This document shows positions 54,193 through 63,895 of a stretch of 64,000 nucleotides of DNA, in pieces. How positions within the stretch are numbered: position 1 is the first letter of the stretch; every line of letters begins with the position of its first letter. Position numbers and translations under genes: made by a program. Source of the DNA: an uncultured Methanoregulaceae archaeon (GTDB taxonomy: Archaea; Halobacteriota; Methanomicrobia; Methanomicrobiales; Methanospirillaceae); the NCBI GenBank assembly GCA_963737635.1, contig CAVTTL010000001.1, positions 640,001 to 704,000 on the forward strand, given 5' to 3'. The notes below the pieces were generated by a model. The model was given only the letters and a program-made list of their open reading frames with translations. It was not told where the DNA came from and did not search any database.

Positions 54193-54583
54193 TCAGATAT
54201 CTTTTGGATGCATCCGCCCGGCAGGAATACGATCAAAATCGTGGTCAAGGCTGACCAGTTTCAGGTTGTTTGCATCAGCTGCGACATACTGGTACGCGTC
54301 ATCAAAATCCATATCGTATTTTGTGCACACGGCGGGAACCTGCTTCAGTTCATCCGGGGAAAGGGAGAGGATTCCGATATCCCGCTCTTCAAGATCCTCA
54401 AGAAACCGGGTGTACTGTTCAGACTGTTTTTTGTGAATCAGGAATATACCGATTGAATACAGAGAAAAATCAGTCATAAAAAAAAGAAGTGTCGATCTCG
54501 CGGTTCAGGATTTCCCGGATCACCGGAGAATATTCCCTGTTCAGGAGTACTTCAAGAAAAATGTTGGTATCCAGAAGATACAC
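54193..54583 (-). CDS. PIN-domain (VapC) toxin, frameshift in an 8-base homopolymer at 54478-54485
   Basis: YLLDTNIFLE, DFDDAYQY, SLDHDFD. Confidence 0.85.
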
Positions 54584-54584
54584 T

Positions 54585-54797
54585 TCATTTCCACCAGTCG
54601 AGAATTTTTTTCTGGAGTTGTACAGAAGTGTATTCATTGTTCATATCTGCGCAACAGCCTGCCCATGCAAATTTCATCGTGCCATGACGCTTCTCAGGGG
54701 TCCGTGCTGAAAGGGCCTCGATGTACTTCAGCACCTTGCGCTGCACATCGGGACGCATTTTTTTCAGAACAGGTTCAACAGCATCAATTGACAGCAT
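54585..54797 (-). CDS. Antitoxin (DUF2281-like)
   Basis: MKFAWAG..YTSVQLQKKILDWW; immediately upstream of the PIN gene. Confidence 0.8.
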   Translation of the reverse strand: MLSIDAVEPVLKKMRPDVQRKVLKYIEALSARTPEKRHGTMKFAWAGCCADMNNEYTSVQLQKKILDWWK

Positions 54798-54818
54798 GGG
54801 CGCACCTTGTACCCCTCA

Positions 54819-54861
54819 TATTGTTTTTCCGGTTTATTGTTTTTCCGGTTTATTGTTTTTC
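54819..54861. repeat. 16-bp tandem repeat (TATTGTTTTTCCGGTT, about 2.7 copies)
   Basis: Directly visible. Confidence 0.9.
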
Positions 54862-55248
54862 TCATGGTACTGGCTCATGCAAGGGATTGTACCCGTTTTT
54901 CGTATGGACTCTTGCCCTGTGTCCGGAAAACTCAAAGCATGTCCACTCACATAAGGGAACCGCTTCCGAGACAACCCGCGTACGGATCGATTCCCGCAGC
55001 AGGGGTACGGTACAGACATCCACCGGCCGTCCCAGGAGTTTCTCAAGATCGTACCCAAATCCGCCAAGATCAAAGAGGGTTCTTCCCGGCTCCAACTCGA
55101 CAAGAAAATCGATATCGCTCTTTTCATCGGCGGTGTGATGCGCGACTGAGCCGAAGATCCGGATGTGGGAAGCGCCGTACTTTCCAGCGAGACGAATAAT
55201 TTCTTCTCTCTTCAGATGGATCAGCTGATAAATATCCGATTGCACCAT
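54862..55248 (-). CDS. Minimal nucleotidyltransferase (MNT antitoxin), orphan; probably reads through its original stop
   Basis: IFGSVA..SDIDFLV, LGRPVDV, ..EAVPL. Confidence 0.85.
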   Translation of the reverse strand: MVQSDIYQLIHLKREEIIRLAGKYGASHIRIFGSVAHHTADEKSDIDFLVELEPGRTLFDLGGFGYDLEKLLGRPVDVCTVPLLRESIRTRVVSEAVPLCEWTCFEFSGHRARVHTKNGYNPLHEPVP

Positions 55249-55413
55249 ATACCTGAAAAGATAGTGAGGATGTGAGACCTAAAAAGGATTCCCCCATAGT
55301 ATGGGGAGAATAGATCAGGGACATTAATCGTTCTCCCCTCTTTCTCCAGACATTTACACCTAAAGTTATGCCATTCTTCAATCTCGGCAGTCTGTCACAT
55401 CAGCCTTGGGGCA

Positions 55414-55644
55414 TCACACCTCATCAAGCAGCGAGAAATACTCTTCCCTAGAAATCCCGGCAGACTTCAGGTTACTCTTGACAATAAAAACAGGGACATC
55501 ATCCCAGTCCGGAATGACCAGAGGCCGTTTCACACCGGGTTTTGAAAAAACATAATGATCACCTTCAATTCTCCGGCAGGTAAAACCGGCACGCTCGAAT
55601 ACTTTTCGCAACCGCTTTGCCGGTACCGGAACAATCCTCGGCAT
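55414..55644 (-). CDS. hicA: HicA-family toxin
   Basis: RAGF..RIEGDHYVF.KPG..PLVIP. Confidence 0.85.
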   Translation of the reverse strand: MPRIVPVPAKRLRKVFERAGFTCRRIEGDHYVFSKPGVKRPLVIPDWDDVPVFIVKSNLKSAGISREEYFSLLDEV

Positions 55645-55647
55645 TGA

Positions 55648-55911
55648 TCAGAGGCTGACTTCTTCTGCCGCGATAATTTTCGGGGGAACATACCGCCCAT
55701 CATGGTTTACGGTATAGTGAACTTCAGAAAGGATTTCCTCAAGGGTTCCCATTTTTTCAGCTTCTTCAAGGAACAATCGGATTGCGGTCCTGAGCATCTC
55801 CTTAGCGTGCTCAATGGAATTTCCGCAGCTCGAAAGGTCCAGCTCCGGACAATACGCCACATAAGTCTTTCCTTCCAAAAAGACGATCATATCGAAATTC
55901 ATTTTAATCAT
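55648..55911 (-). CDS. hicB: HicB-family antitoxin
   Basis: YVAYCPEL..SSCGNSIEHAKEML..AI. Confidence 0.85.
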   Translation of the reverse strand: MIKMNFDMIVFLEGKTYVAYCPELDLSSCGNSIEHAKEMLRTAIRLFLEEAEKMGTLEEILSEVHYTVNHDGRYVPPKIIAAEEVSL

Positions 55912-56145
55912 AATGTGCCACCGTTCCGGCCATTGCAGGCTATCATTACCTTGTCTTTTGTTGATGATAATTTCTCTCTCATTCGCACGTGGACATGGTC
56001 ATCCTGATCGAAGGGCCGGTATTCCTGCTGACGAACCTTTTCAATCTTTTTTATGGACTTTTTGCCATGTTCCTGAGCTATTATCGGAAGTGACAGATTC
56101 TCATGCACACTCATAACACCCCATCCGGCGAAAAGATCCAATCTA

Positions 56146-56827
56146 TCATCTCCGCGTCCTTTTCCGGGACCGGAGAGAAGAATCCACCGAATCCATCCAT
56201 GCAAGAGCATCCGGGGTCTCCTCCCAGGCCCGGCGGTTGTCAAGGGCATAGACCACCGCCTCGCTCCTGTCTCCCCGGCTCATATACTCCGGGTGACGGG
56301 CAGGGAGCTTCTTTGTTCCCAGCAGGTACTGCGGGACAAACGGGTTCTCATCAACTGCTATCCGGAGGCAGGCATCCGCTGCCGGGCCCCGGCCCTCCTG
56401 CCGGAATTTCAGGAGCGCCCGGGAATACAGCCAGACAGCGGAACCGTCCTCTTCATACTCCTTAAGGAGATTCCCCAGCGCTTCGTTATCATCCTGTTCC
56501 AGCAGGCAGGTCGCCAGTTCGTACCTGGCCCCCTGGTTTGTCGTTCGGGTTGAGCCCGAGGAGATCGGTAAAAACGTCAATTGCCCGTGACCGCTCGCCC
56601 ATGAAGTGAAGCTGGAGCCCGAGCATGAACCGTGCACGCACTCCCTCCTCAAGAAGCCGGAGGGCCTCATTCTTATCAGGCATCGCTTCCTCAGCGAGAA
56701 TGACATATGCATCCGCACAGTCCCTTGAGATCGAAAGAGCCCGGCGGACCAGCTCAACCCGCTTTTTCCCCCGAGCATCAAACGCATCACAGATGATGTC
56801 CTGAGCCTCCGCGAGCGGCAATCTCAT
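56146..56827 (-). pseudogene. TPR-like helical protein, frameshifted near 56540
   Basis: RRALSISRDCADAYVILAE..LNPND|NQGARY..WLYSRAL..NPFVPQYL. Confidence 0.7.
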
Positions 56828-57595
56828 CGGTCATCCCTCCCTTTTACCACATTCACAAACCCGAACCCGAAACTGTTCCTCTCGCCAAACCCGGCATCGA
56901 GCCCGAACCCGACAATCTTCCGCTGCATGTCGTTCATATGGCTCCAGGAAAATTCCCAGAGGCTTCCTGCCGCCCCGTAACTCTTCCCGTCAATGATGTA
57001 CCGGGTATGCACGGTTTTTTTGAACAGGAATTCCTGGAAGAGCGGGAGCGTGCCAACCGAGGTCCCATACGCATCGTTGTATTTTTTGATCATGTTTTCT
57101 GAAAGCTGCTTAATGAATGCCTCAAACGAGATCTGCGGACGCCAGTACACGTTACCGGGGCCGGCGTTCATCAGCCGGCACCGCATAGAGATCGTAATTG
57201 TACTCCGGGATACGCAGCAGGATCGGCGTCGCGCAGATGATCCGGACCGGACCCTGGCCGAGTGAGGTCTCAACCGCTCTTACTCCATCGAGCGCAAACG
57301 CGCAGTCACCGATATGAATTTCTTTTTCAGCGTGACTCGTGGTAAGGTACTGCGCGAGGTGTTCAATGATCGTGCTGCCCGGCGATGCGATCATGAAGTG
57401 GCGCACGTCTCCCGTTTTCATATCGCCGAACGGGAAAATGTTCGAAAAACAGAACTGCTTGTAGCCGGGCTTGTCGTGCAGCAGGGGAAAACCCGCTTCC
57501 GCGATAAGTGAATAAACAAAACCCTGGAGCTTGTGGTACTCAAGCGAGACATCCTTCTGATCGTTTTTCGATATGAGCCGGAGCAGGAGGCGCAT
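56824..57595 (-). CDS. cas6: Cas6 endoribonuclease (+1 frameshift near 57152)
   Basis: YHKLQGFVY, LHD..GYKQFCFSNIFP, TPI, AGFGERNSFGFG G-loop. Confidence 0.92.
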
Positions 57596-57991
57596 AGTTA
57601 TGGGAATATTCTATTGATACTGGATAATCCCACCGAAATGTGTGTCGAATCTCTCCACCAGACGGTCTTCCTGAAGAGTCCTGTTAACGTGGAGAGGAAT
57701 AGTATATTTTTTTAAGCATGGAATTGATTATCGCCCAACAAGTTAACAAAGCCTTTTTATTGCCTTTCTAGCCCTATCGTGGCGCGGGCATACTAACCGA
57801 CCGGAAACGTTCTCCCTTCCAATTCCCAAAAATCGGAAAAATGATCTCTCGCGGTTTGAAACGAACGATAATGTTGATTACGCTAGACCACTATCGTTCT
57901 CGTAAACGGGCTGATGCAGGAATACCTATGACAGGCCTTTCGTGGTCACGTGGTTCGTTCCTTAAGGCCTTTGACAGAGGATGTGGTGAAC

Positions 57992-58564
57992 ATGGAACTT
58001 AAAGGGAGTAAGACAGAGAAAAATGTCCTTGCGGCATTTGCCGGGGAGTCTCAAGCCCGGAACCGGTACAGCTATTTTGGTAAGGTTGCAAAACAGGAAG
58101 GGTACGAGCAGATCGGAGCAGTCTTTTTACAGACCGCCGAAGAAGAAAAAGAGCATGCGAAATTGTTCTTTTCGCACCTCAAAGGGGGAATGGTTGAGAT
58201 TACTGCAGCGTACCCGGCCGGGGTGATTGGGAATACCAAGGAGAACCTCAAAGCTGCGGCAGACGGTGAGATGCTGGAGTGGGGTACGCTCTACCCGACC
58301 TTTGCCGGGACGGCAAAAGACGAGGGTTTTATCCCGATAGCCAATCTCTTCAAACAAGTAGCGATTGTCGAGAAGTACCATGAACAGAGATACAACCGGC
58401 TCCTGGCAAACCTGGAAAAGGGAACAGTGTTCCGGCGGGAGACACCGGTCAAATGGTACTGCCGGGAATGCGGGTACGTGTATGAAGGGACCAGTGCACC
58501 GCTGAACTGCCCGGCATGCAACAAACCCCAGGCGTATTTTGAGATGTACGCAGAGAATTTCTGA
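57992..58564 (+). CDS. rbr: Rubrerythrin
   Basis: AFAGESQARNRY, EKEHA, EKYHE, WYCRECGY..CPAC. Confidence 0.95.
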   Translation: MELKGSKTEKNVLAAFAGESQARNRYSYFGKVAKQEGYEQIGAVFLQTAEEEKEHAKLFFSHLKGGMVEITAAYPAGVIGNTKENLKAAADGEMLEWGTLYPTFAGTAKDEGFIPIANLFKQVAIVEKYHEQRYNRLLANLEKGTVFRRETPVKWYCRECGYVYEGTSAPLNCPACNKPQAYFEMYAENF

Positions 58565-58591
58565 GATCCACCCTTTTTTCGGGTGAGTGCC

Positions 58592-59260
58592 TTACCGGAT
58601 CCAGCCCATCCGGACCCATCGGTCGTACTCATCCGTCCGCAGATCCCGGTTCTCTTCAACGATAGATCTGAAGGAAGCACGGTTGTCCGCGAAGATCGCT
58701 TCCTGCGCCGGATCAGAGTACCCATGCCAAACCGCGTCCACGAGTTTTTTCCCAAGCGCCAGAGCGGCAGGTCTCGACGTTTCAACGGATTCCGGTACCC
58801 CTCCGGTAGCGATGCCGATACCACCAACAGACATAACACCGAGATAATTGAGGACATGGTTGAGATAGGCAATCACTTCATCGCCGCCGGATTCAGCCGT
58901 CGTCGCGACTGAGCACCCGTGCTTTCCGAAGAGAATCTGGTAATGGATCGCATCCGCCAGCCGGTCAAAAAACACTTTCATCTGTCCGGTCACGTTGTCA
59001 ATATAGACCGGTGAACCAAAGACCAGAGCGTCCGCCTCTCTCATCCGGGCCACGAGTGCCGGGAAATCGTCATCATTGACGCAGATGCCGTTGAGGGTAC
59101 ACGCTTCGCAGGCAGTGCAGGGAATGATATGATAGTCGGCAAGGTCGATCATTTCGGTATCTGCACCGGTGTCCGCAGCGCCTTCGAGAACAAAACCGGC
59201 CAACCGGCGGGTAGTACTCCGGATCGTGCGGGGGCTTCCGTGGATTGCAAGGATCTTCAT
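58592..59260 (-). CDS. Iron-sulfur flavoprotein / flavodoxin family (paralog of 23170-23838)
   Basis: HGSPR, CTACEAC....C, GSPVY, FFDRLADAIH. Confidence 0.9.
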   Translation of the reverse strand: MKILAIHGSPRTIRSTTRRLAGFVLEGAADTGADTEMIDLADYHIIPCTACEACTLNGICVNDDDFPALVARMREADALVFGSPVYIDNVTGQMKVFFDRLADAIHYQILFGKHGCSVATTAESGGDEVIAYLNHVLNYLGVMSVGGIGIATGGVPESVETSRPAALALGKKLVDAVWHGYSDPAQEAIFADNRASFRSIVEENRDLRTDEYDRWVRMGWIR

Positions 59261-60009
59261 ATCTGGCATCCCTTCTTTGTCGTGCAAAATTCAAAGACGA
59301 CTTTCCTGTCGCCCGGACCGTGTGCCACATGGTCGCGCCTGACCAGTTCCGGAGGAGTAAAGCCGGCAGTGACCAAGTGCCGGATCAGGTCAGAGCGGGG
59401 TATCACCCGCGGTGGGCCCCGTTGATCAGGGTCACACGTATCACCGTCTTCGATCCCGAGCGTGGATCCAAAGAGGATCCCCCCGGGCCGAAGTACCCGC
59501 CACGCATGTGCCAGGTATTCATCGAGTTCGGCATCGTCAGCGATGACATGGATAACCGAGCCGGAATAGATCGTATCAAAGGTCTCCGACTCAAACGGGA
59601 AGGTATCGTTTACCGTGAAGAGATCGTACAGCTCATCCCGATCCAGGTACAGGTCGAACCCGAGATTGATACTCTCCCATGTGAGATCGAAACCGGTGAT
59701 CTGCACCCGGGGAAAACCATCCCGGAGAAGCTGCCGGATATTGTCACCGGTTCCGCAGCCATAATCAAGAAACGGGCCGGTGCGTTTCAGGGCATGTGCA
59801 TAAAAAAAATGGCCCCAGATCCGCGGTTCGCCAAGGATCGTTAGGATGTGTGGATAGGGAACACTGTCTTTTTCGTACTTCGCGACAAGCGTCTCATAGT
59901 AATGCTCCGGGTACGTAACGCCGAGCGCCCCGACCCGGTGCATCGCGGCAGAAAGTTCACCTTCAAGGGTTTTCCCGTTCTGGAACCTGAGGGAATGTAC
60001 GGCTGGCAT
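59257..60009 (-). CDS. Class I SAM-dependent methyltransferase
   Basis: LDYGCGTG, FPFESETFD, RVLRPGG. Confidence 0.88.
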   Translation of the reverse strand: MPAVHSLRFQNGKTLEGELSAAMHRVGALGVTYPEHYYETLVAKYEKDSVPYPHILTILGEPRIWGHFFYAHALKRTGPFLDYGCGTGDNIRQLLRDGFPRVQITGFDLTWESINLGFDLYLDRDELYDLFTVNDTFPFESETFDTIYSGSVIHVIADDAELDEYLAHAWRVLRPGGILFGSTLGIEDGDTCDPDQRGPPRVIPRSDLIRHLVTAGFTPPELVRRDHVAHGPGDRKVVFEFCTTKKGCQI

Positions 60010-60074
60010 GCTTCAATGAGATATGATGCGGTACCTTTTCTAGGATGTGGCAGGACCGGGCAGGTGCCCCAGAA

Positions 60075-61118
60075 TCAGCAGAAATCCTCGGTGATGTACA
60101 CCTTGTCATCAGATGAGATGGCAACCCCGATTCCCTCGCTGTCGTAGGTGGATGTCAGGATATTTTTCCGGTGCCCGGCGCTGTTCATCCAACCGGTGAC
60201 CGTGGACTGCGCAATCGCTTCCTGGGTACTCCACGCGTAAGAATACACACCGTTTGTGTACGTTACCGAGGTGTAGAGGTTATTCTGGAAGATGTTCTCA
60301 GCGATCCCATAGGTATAGTAGGAGCCATAGTTCTTGACACAGGTGTACCCGCTCGCGTTTCCCCGGGCAGTCGGGTCTTCTCCCGAGAGATCCGTATGCG
60401 AGAAGTAATGGTTCTGTGCCATGTCCGTGCTGTGGTTGAGCGCAAGCGCAGCAAGCGCCGGGTCTGCAGTGAGCGGAGCAAGGCCGTCTGCCGCCCGATT
60501 ATCGTTTATCAGTTCATGGATCCGGCTGGCGAGCGACAGGGTCGAGATCGGGTAGGGGTCATCCGAGAGTTTACCCGGGATCAAGGGGACGGGTGGCGTG
60601 GCAGTCACGGGTACGGTGGTTTGCTCAAGAACAGTCGGCGTTGAGGAGGGCAGGGGGGTTATCGCGGCGGGGACGGGCGTCACCAGGGTGATGGACACCG
60701 TCGCGGTAGGAATCGGCGTTGCCGTAGCAACGGGAGAAAAAGAAGACGTAATTTGGCTGGAAACCTCCAGTGTCGCATGGGTGCCAGAAGCAGGGTGCCC
60801 GGTCAGTACGATGAAAAGAATGACAAGAAGAATGATGACGACGATCGCCACCGCGATCTTCAGGTACGGGATGCCCCGGCCCGGAAGACGGGGTGGCTTT
60901 TTATCGTGCGGTGCCACTGCATAGCCACCGCCGTAAGCGCTTGCCCCACCCGCGCCATACCGGATGCCCACACCCGGGGCCGGGGTCTTTTTCCATGCTG
61001 CAAGGCCTGCGCACTCGTGGTTTGGCGGCAACCGGTGATCGTCACAGAAATTTTTCCCGCAATACTGGCAATGGAACGGAAGTGAGACCTTTTTCCCGCA
61101 GAAGTCGCAGCGTGGCAT
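60075..61118 (-). CDS. AN1 zinc finger - TM - Thr/Pro linker - CAP (SCP) domain protein
   Basis: CDFC..CQYCG..FC..HRLP..H.C; HSTDMA..YFSH, AENI, WMNSAGHRKNIL. Confidence 0.88.
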   Translation of the reverse strand: MPRCDFCGKKVSLPFHCQYCGKNFCDDHRLPPNHECAGLAAWKKTPAPGVGIRYGAGGASAYGGGYAVAPHDKKPPRLPGRGIPYLKIAVAIVVIILLVILFIVLTGHPASGTHATLEVSSQITSSFSPVATATPIPTATVSITLVTPVPAAITPLPSSTPTVLEQTTVPVTATPPVPLIPGKLSDDPYPISTLSLASRIHELINDNRAADGLAPLTADPALAALALNHSTDMAQNHYFSHTDLSGEDPTARGNASGYTCVKNYGSYYTYGIAENIFQNNLYTSVTYTNGVYSYAWSTQEAIAQSTVTGWMNSAGHRKNILTSTYDSEGIGVAISSDDKVYITEDFC

Positions 61119-61372
61119 TTCTCTTTCTCACTCTTGCCCGGAAACTCATAAGGGCTCCGGTCAGGATGCTCCGGAGACGCATGGAAACAACTTCTTCCGG
61201 CACTGTTAATGTGTCATGAGATAGAAAATGCCAAATTCAAAAAAACGATTTAAATGACTTAATTGCTCATTCCGACCATTTTTCCTGAAGAATAAAGAGG
61301 CCATATTTTCATCCCACACTCGGATAACAAAACCAGAAAAAGAATGATTCTATTCACGTTGAGTCTCATGAT

Positions 61373-61690
61373 CTAATTCAATTGTCTCCATCGAATATCA
61401 CCGATTATATCCAAATTTGTATTTAAGATAACTTTTGCCTCCCACGCGATAGCACCAATTCTCGTCGCTCGTGATTTTATATTCCGTTGCTCTTCAGCGG
61501 ATAAATCTGAGGGTTCATCCGTAATAGCCGATTTTACCTGGACAAGTATTTTACTCTCTTTACTATGCGCTTCGATGTCCGCTGAACCCGATGCGTGAGT
61601 ATCCCATTTATCAATAGTGAAACCTTTTCCTTTTAAAAATTCGACGGCATATCCCTCTCCGGCATTTCCTATTTCATATGGTGTTGGCAT
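61373..61690 (-). CDS. Small PD-(D/E)XK nuclease-fold protein (YraN/Hjc-like)
   Basis: GNAGE..A..FL..KGF, ADI.A, LVQVKS; AT-rich. Confidence 0.7.
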   Translation of the reverse strand: MPTPYEIGNAGEGYAVEFLKGKGFTIDKWDTHASGSADIEAHSKESKILVQVKSAITDEPSDLSAEEQRNIKSRATRIGAIAWEAKVILNTNLDIIGDIRWRQLN

Positions 61691-61881
61691 TACGTTCCCT
61701 CCACATTCTGTGATTTACTTAAATGCAATTAAACGGCAATAATCTATAAAGGATTTACGATAATAATGGTTAAAAAAAACGCTATCTCTCTTTTCATGGC
61801 ATCTTACAACCCACGGATCTCTTTTTTATGGATACGGATAATTCGGGAGATTTTCGGTCATAGTATGTCAACTACCGATCA

Positions 61882-62298
61882 ATGGCCTTATTCACTAAAA
61901 CGCCGGATAATCCGGGCATGGGATCGTATACCCGGGGCGATGTGATCCTCGCCACGGTTCCGTTTGACGAGCGACACGGCGCAAAGACCCGGCCTGCCGT
62001 GGTAGTGTCGGTGAGGGAAAACGGGGATCTTTGTGTCTGCCCGGTCAGCAGCAGGCCTCCCTCATATGCTCCGTGCGTCCCCATCGGGCTTGACGATTTT
62101 TCCGAGGGCGGGCTCGATCTTTTCACCGAAAGTTTTGTCCTCACCACGAAGGTCAGCATGATCCGGCCCGGTGACGTCATCGGCCTGAAAGGTCGACTCA
62201 CCCCGGGTGTCATCGCTGAAATTGGCGCACAGGTGCAGTTTGATAGATCCACCTCCCGAACCGGAAAGGATCTCCGAAAACCACCCGCACGACGCTGA
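61882..62298 (+). CDS. PemK/MazF-family toxin
   Basis: RGDVILA.VPF..KTRPAVVV, PVSS. Confidence 0.85.
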   Translation: MALFTKTPDNPGMGSYTRGDVILATVPFDERHGAKTRPAVVVSVRENGDLCVCPVSSRPPSYAPCVPIGLDDFSEGGLDLFTESFVLTTKVSMIRPGDVIGLKGRLTPGVIAEIGAQVQFDRSTSRTGKDLRKPPARR

Positions 62299-62368
62299 AT
62301 ACCGTCTCGGGCAGTAATCCCACGATTGAATCCGTAACCTTAAGTCATCGGGAACGGAGGTTGTGTAA

Positions 62369-63895
62369 ATGGATATTGCATACTGTTTCAAAGAGATTGA
62401 GGGCCAGGTGGGCAAGCTCTCCCCGCTCCAGAAGATTCTTCTTGGTACTGACGGATCGGTCACCCAGCTCCTGGAATCAGTCACCGGACATCCGATCTCA
62501 GTCCGGACCCGCACACAGGAACTCGTGAAAGCTGATGCCGATGCCGTTGAACAGCTTAGTATAGCACCTGGTGATTCGGTGAATCACCGGATCGTGGAAC
62601 TTCTTGACGCTGCGACCGGGGAGGTCCTGGTCTACGCGAAATCACTGACACCGGTAGCCCGGCTGGCACCGGCATTCCGGGACGATCTTATGAGAGCCGA
62701 TATTCCCATCGGAAAGATCATTGAGCGCCACCATATCGAGGCCCGTAGGGAGATTCTCACGGCCCGGGTAACTCCCGATGATACCGGCGGGATCTTTCCG
62801 ATCTGCAGGAATGAACCGCTGCTGATGCGGCAGTACCGGATTATTCATGGCGGAAAGCCACTCATCTTCATCCAGGAGCAGTTTCCGTACAACCAGTTTC
62901 TCGATGAACGCAGGGTAATTGTGAGGACACCGTCGCGCATCCATGTGACCCTGCTTGACATGAACGGCGGTCTCGGGAGGGTCGATGGTGGTATCGGAAT
63001 CGCACTCGATGATCCCGCGATCCTCCTCGAGGCAAAAGCAAGCCCTACCCTGGAAGTCTGCGGCTGTGACGGCCGCACCGCCGCACAGATCGGAGAGTGC
63101 GCACAAAAGGTACTCGCTGGCCTCCGGGTCGGTGGCAGTGTCTCCATTACCGTGCGGGAAGAGTTCCCGGCCCATCACGGTCTCGGGAGCGGTTCCCAGC
63201 TTGCGCTTGCCACCGCCCGGGCCTGTGCAGAACTGTATGGTAAAGACCTGCCCACGGCAGAGCTGGCCCGGATAGCGGGACGGGGTGGGACCTCCGGTAT
63301 CGGGACGGCAGCGTTTGACCATGGGGGGTTCATTATAGACGGCGGGCACCGGTTCGGGCCGGGCCGCGAAAAGACCGGTTTTGCTCCTTCATCGGCGTCG
63401 AAAGGTATAAGGCCACCGCCGGTCCTCGTACGGCATGATTTTCCCGGTGACTGGCGCATCCTTCTTGCGACCCCGGCACGTTCAGAGGGAGCAAGCGGGA
63501 CACGGGAGCATGAGATCTTCAGGACCTGCTGCCCCGTACCGGTCGGAGAAGTAAGAATGCTCTGTCACGAGGTCCTTATGCGGATGCTTCCCGGCATTGC
63601 GGAAAAAGACCTCGACCAGTTCGGTACGTCCATCAACGCCATTCAGTCACTGGGGTTCAAGAAGATCGAGCTTTCGTTTCAGCCCCCTGAAGTCACCGGC
63701 CTCCTTGATACTATGCGGGCAGCCGGCGCGGCAGGGGCCGGCATGAGCTCATTTGGCCCGACCCTGTATGCAATCGGCGATACAGGAATGCAGGAAATCG
63801 AGAATGCAGCGCAGTCGTACCTGAAGGAAATCGGGGGAGGGACAACGCTCATTACCGCCGCACGCAATCGTGGTGCAGCGATCAGGACAGCATAG
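62369..63895 (+). CDS. Fusion of a UbiC-like chorismate lyase (DUF98) and beta-RFAP synthase (GHMP family)
   Basis: N-terminal ILLGTDGSVTQLLE..IPIGK..R.Y.I..E.F; C-terminal PSRIH..LDM.G..GR.DGG.G, H.GLGSGSQ, GRGGTSGIG, SSFGPT. Confidence 0.9.
   Translation: MDIAYCFKEIEGQVGKLSPLQKILLGTDGSVTQLLESVTGHPISVRTRTQELVKADADAVEQLSIAPGDSVNHRIVELLDAATGEVLVYAKSLTPVARLAPAFRDDLMRADIPIGKIIERHHIEARREILTARVTPDDTGGIFPICRNEPLLMRQYRIIHGGKPLIFIQEQFPYNQFLDERRVIVRTPSRIHVTLLDMNGGLGRVDGGIGIALDDPAILLEAKASPTLEVCGCDGRTAAQIGECAQKVLAGLRVGGSVSITVREEFPAHHGLGSGSQLALATARACAELYGKDLPTAELARIAGRGGTSGIGTAAFDHGGFIIDGGHRFGPGREKTGFAPSSASKGIRPPPVLVRHDFPGDWRILLATPARSEGASGTREHEIFRTCCPVPVGEVRMLCHEVLMRMLPGIAEKDLDQFGTSINAIQSLGFKKIELSFQPPEVTGLLDTMRAAGAAGAGMSSFGPTLYAIGDTGMQEIENAAQSYLKEIGGGTTLITAARNRGAAIRTA

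Noticed and set aside
37807-57950. Integrative element at tRNA-Lys
   Set aside because: No integrase and no duplicated tRNA 3' end (att site) found by eye
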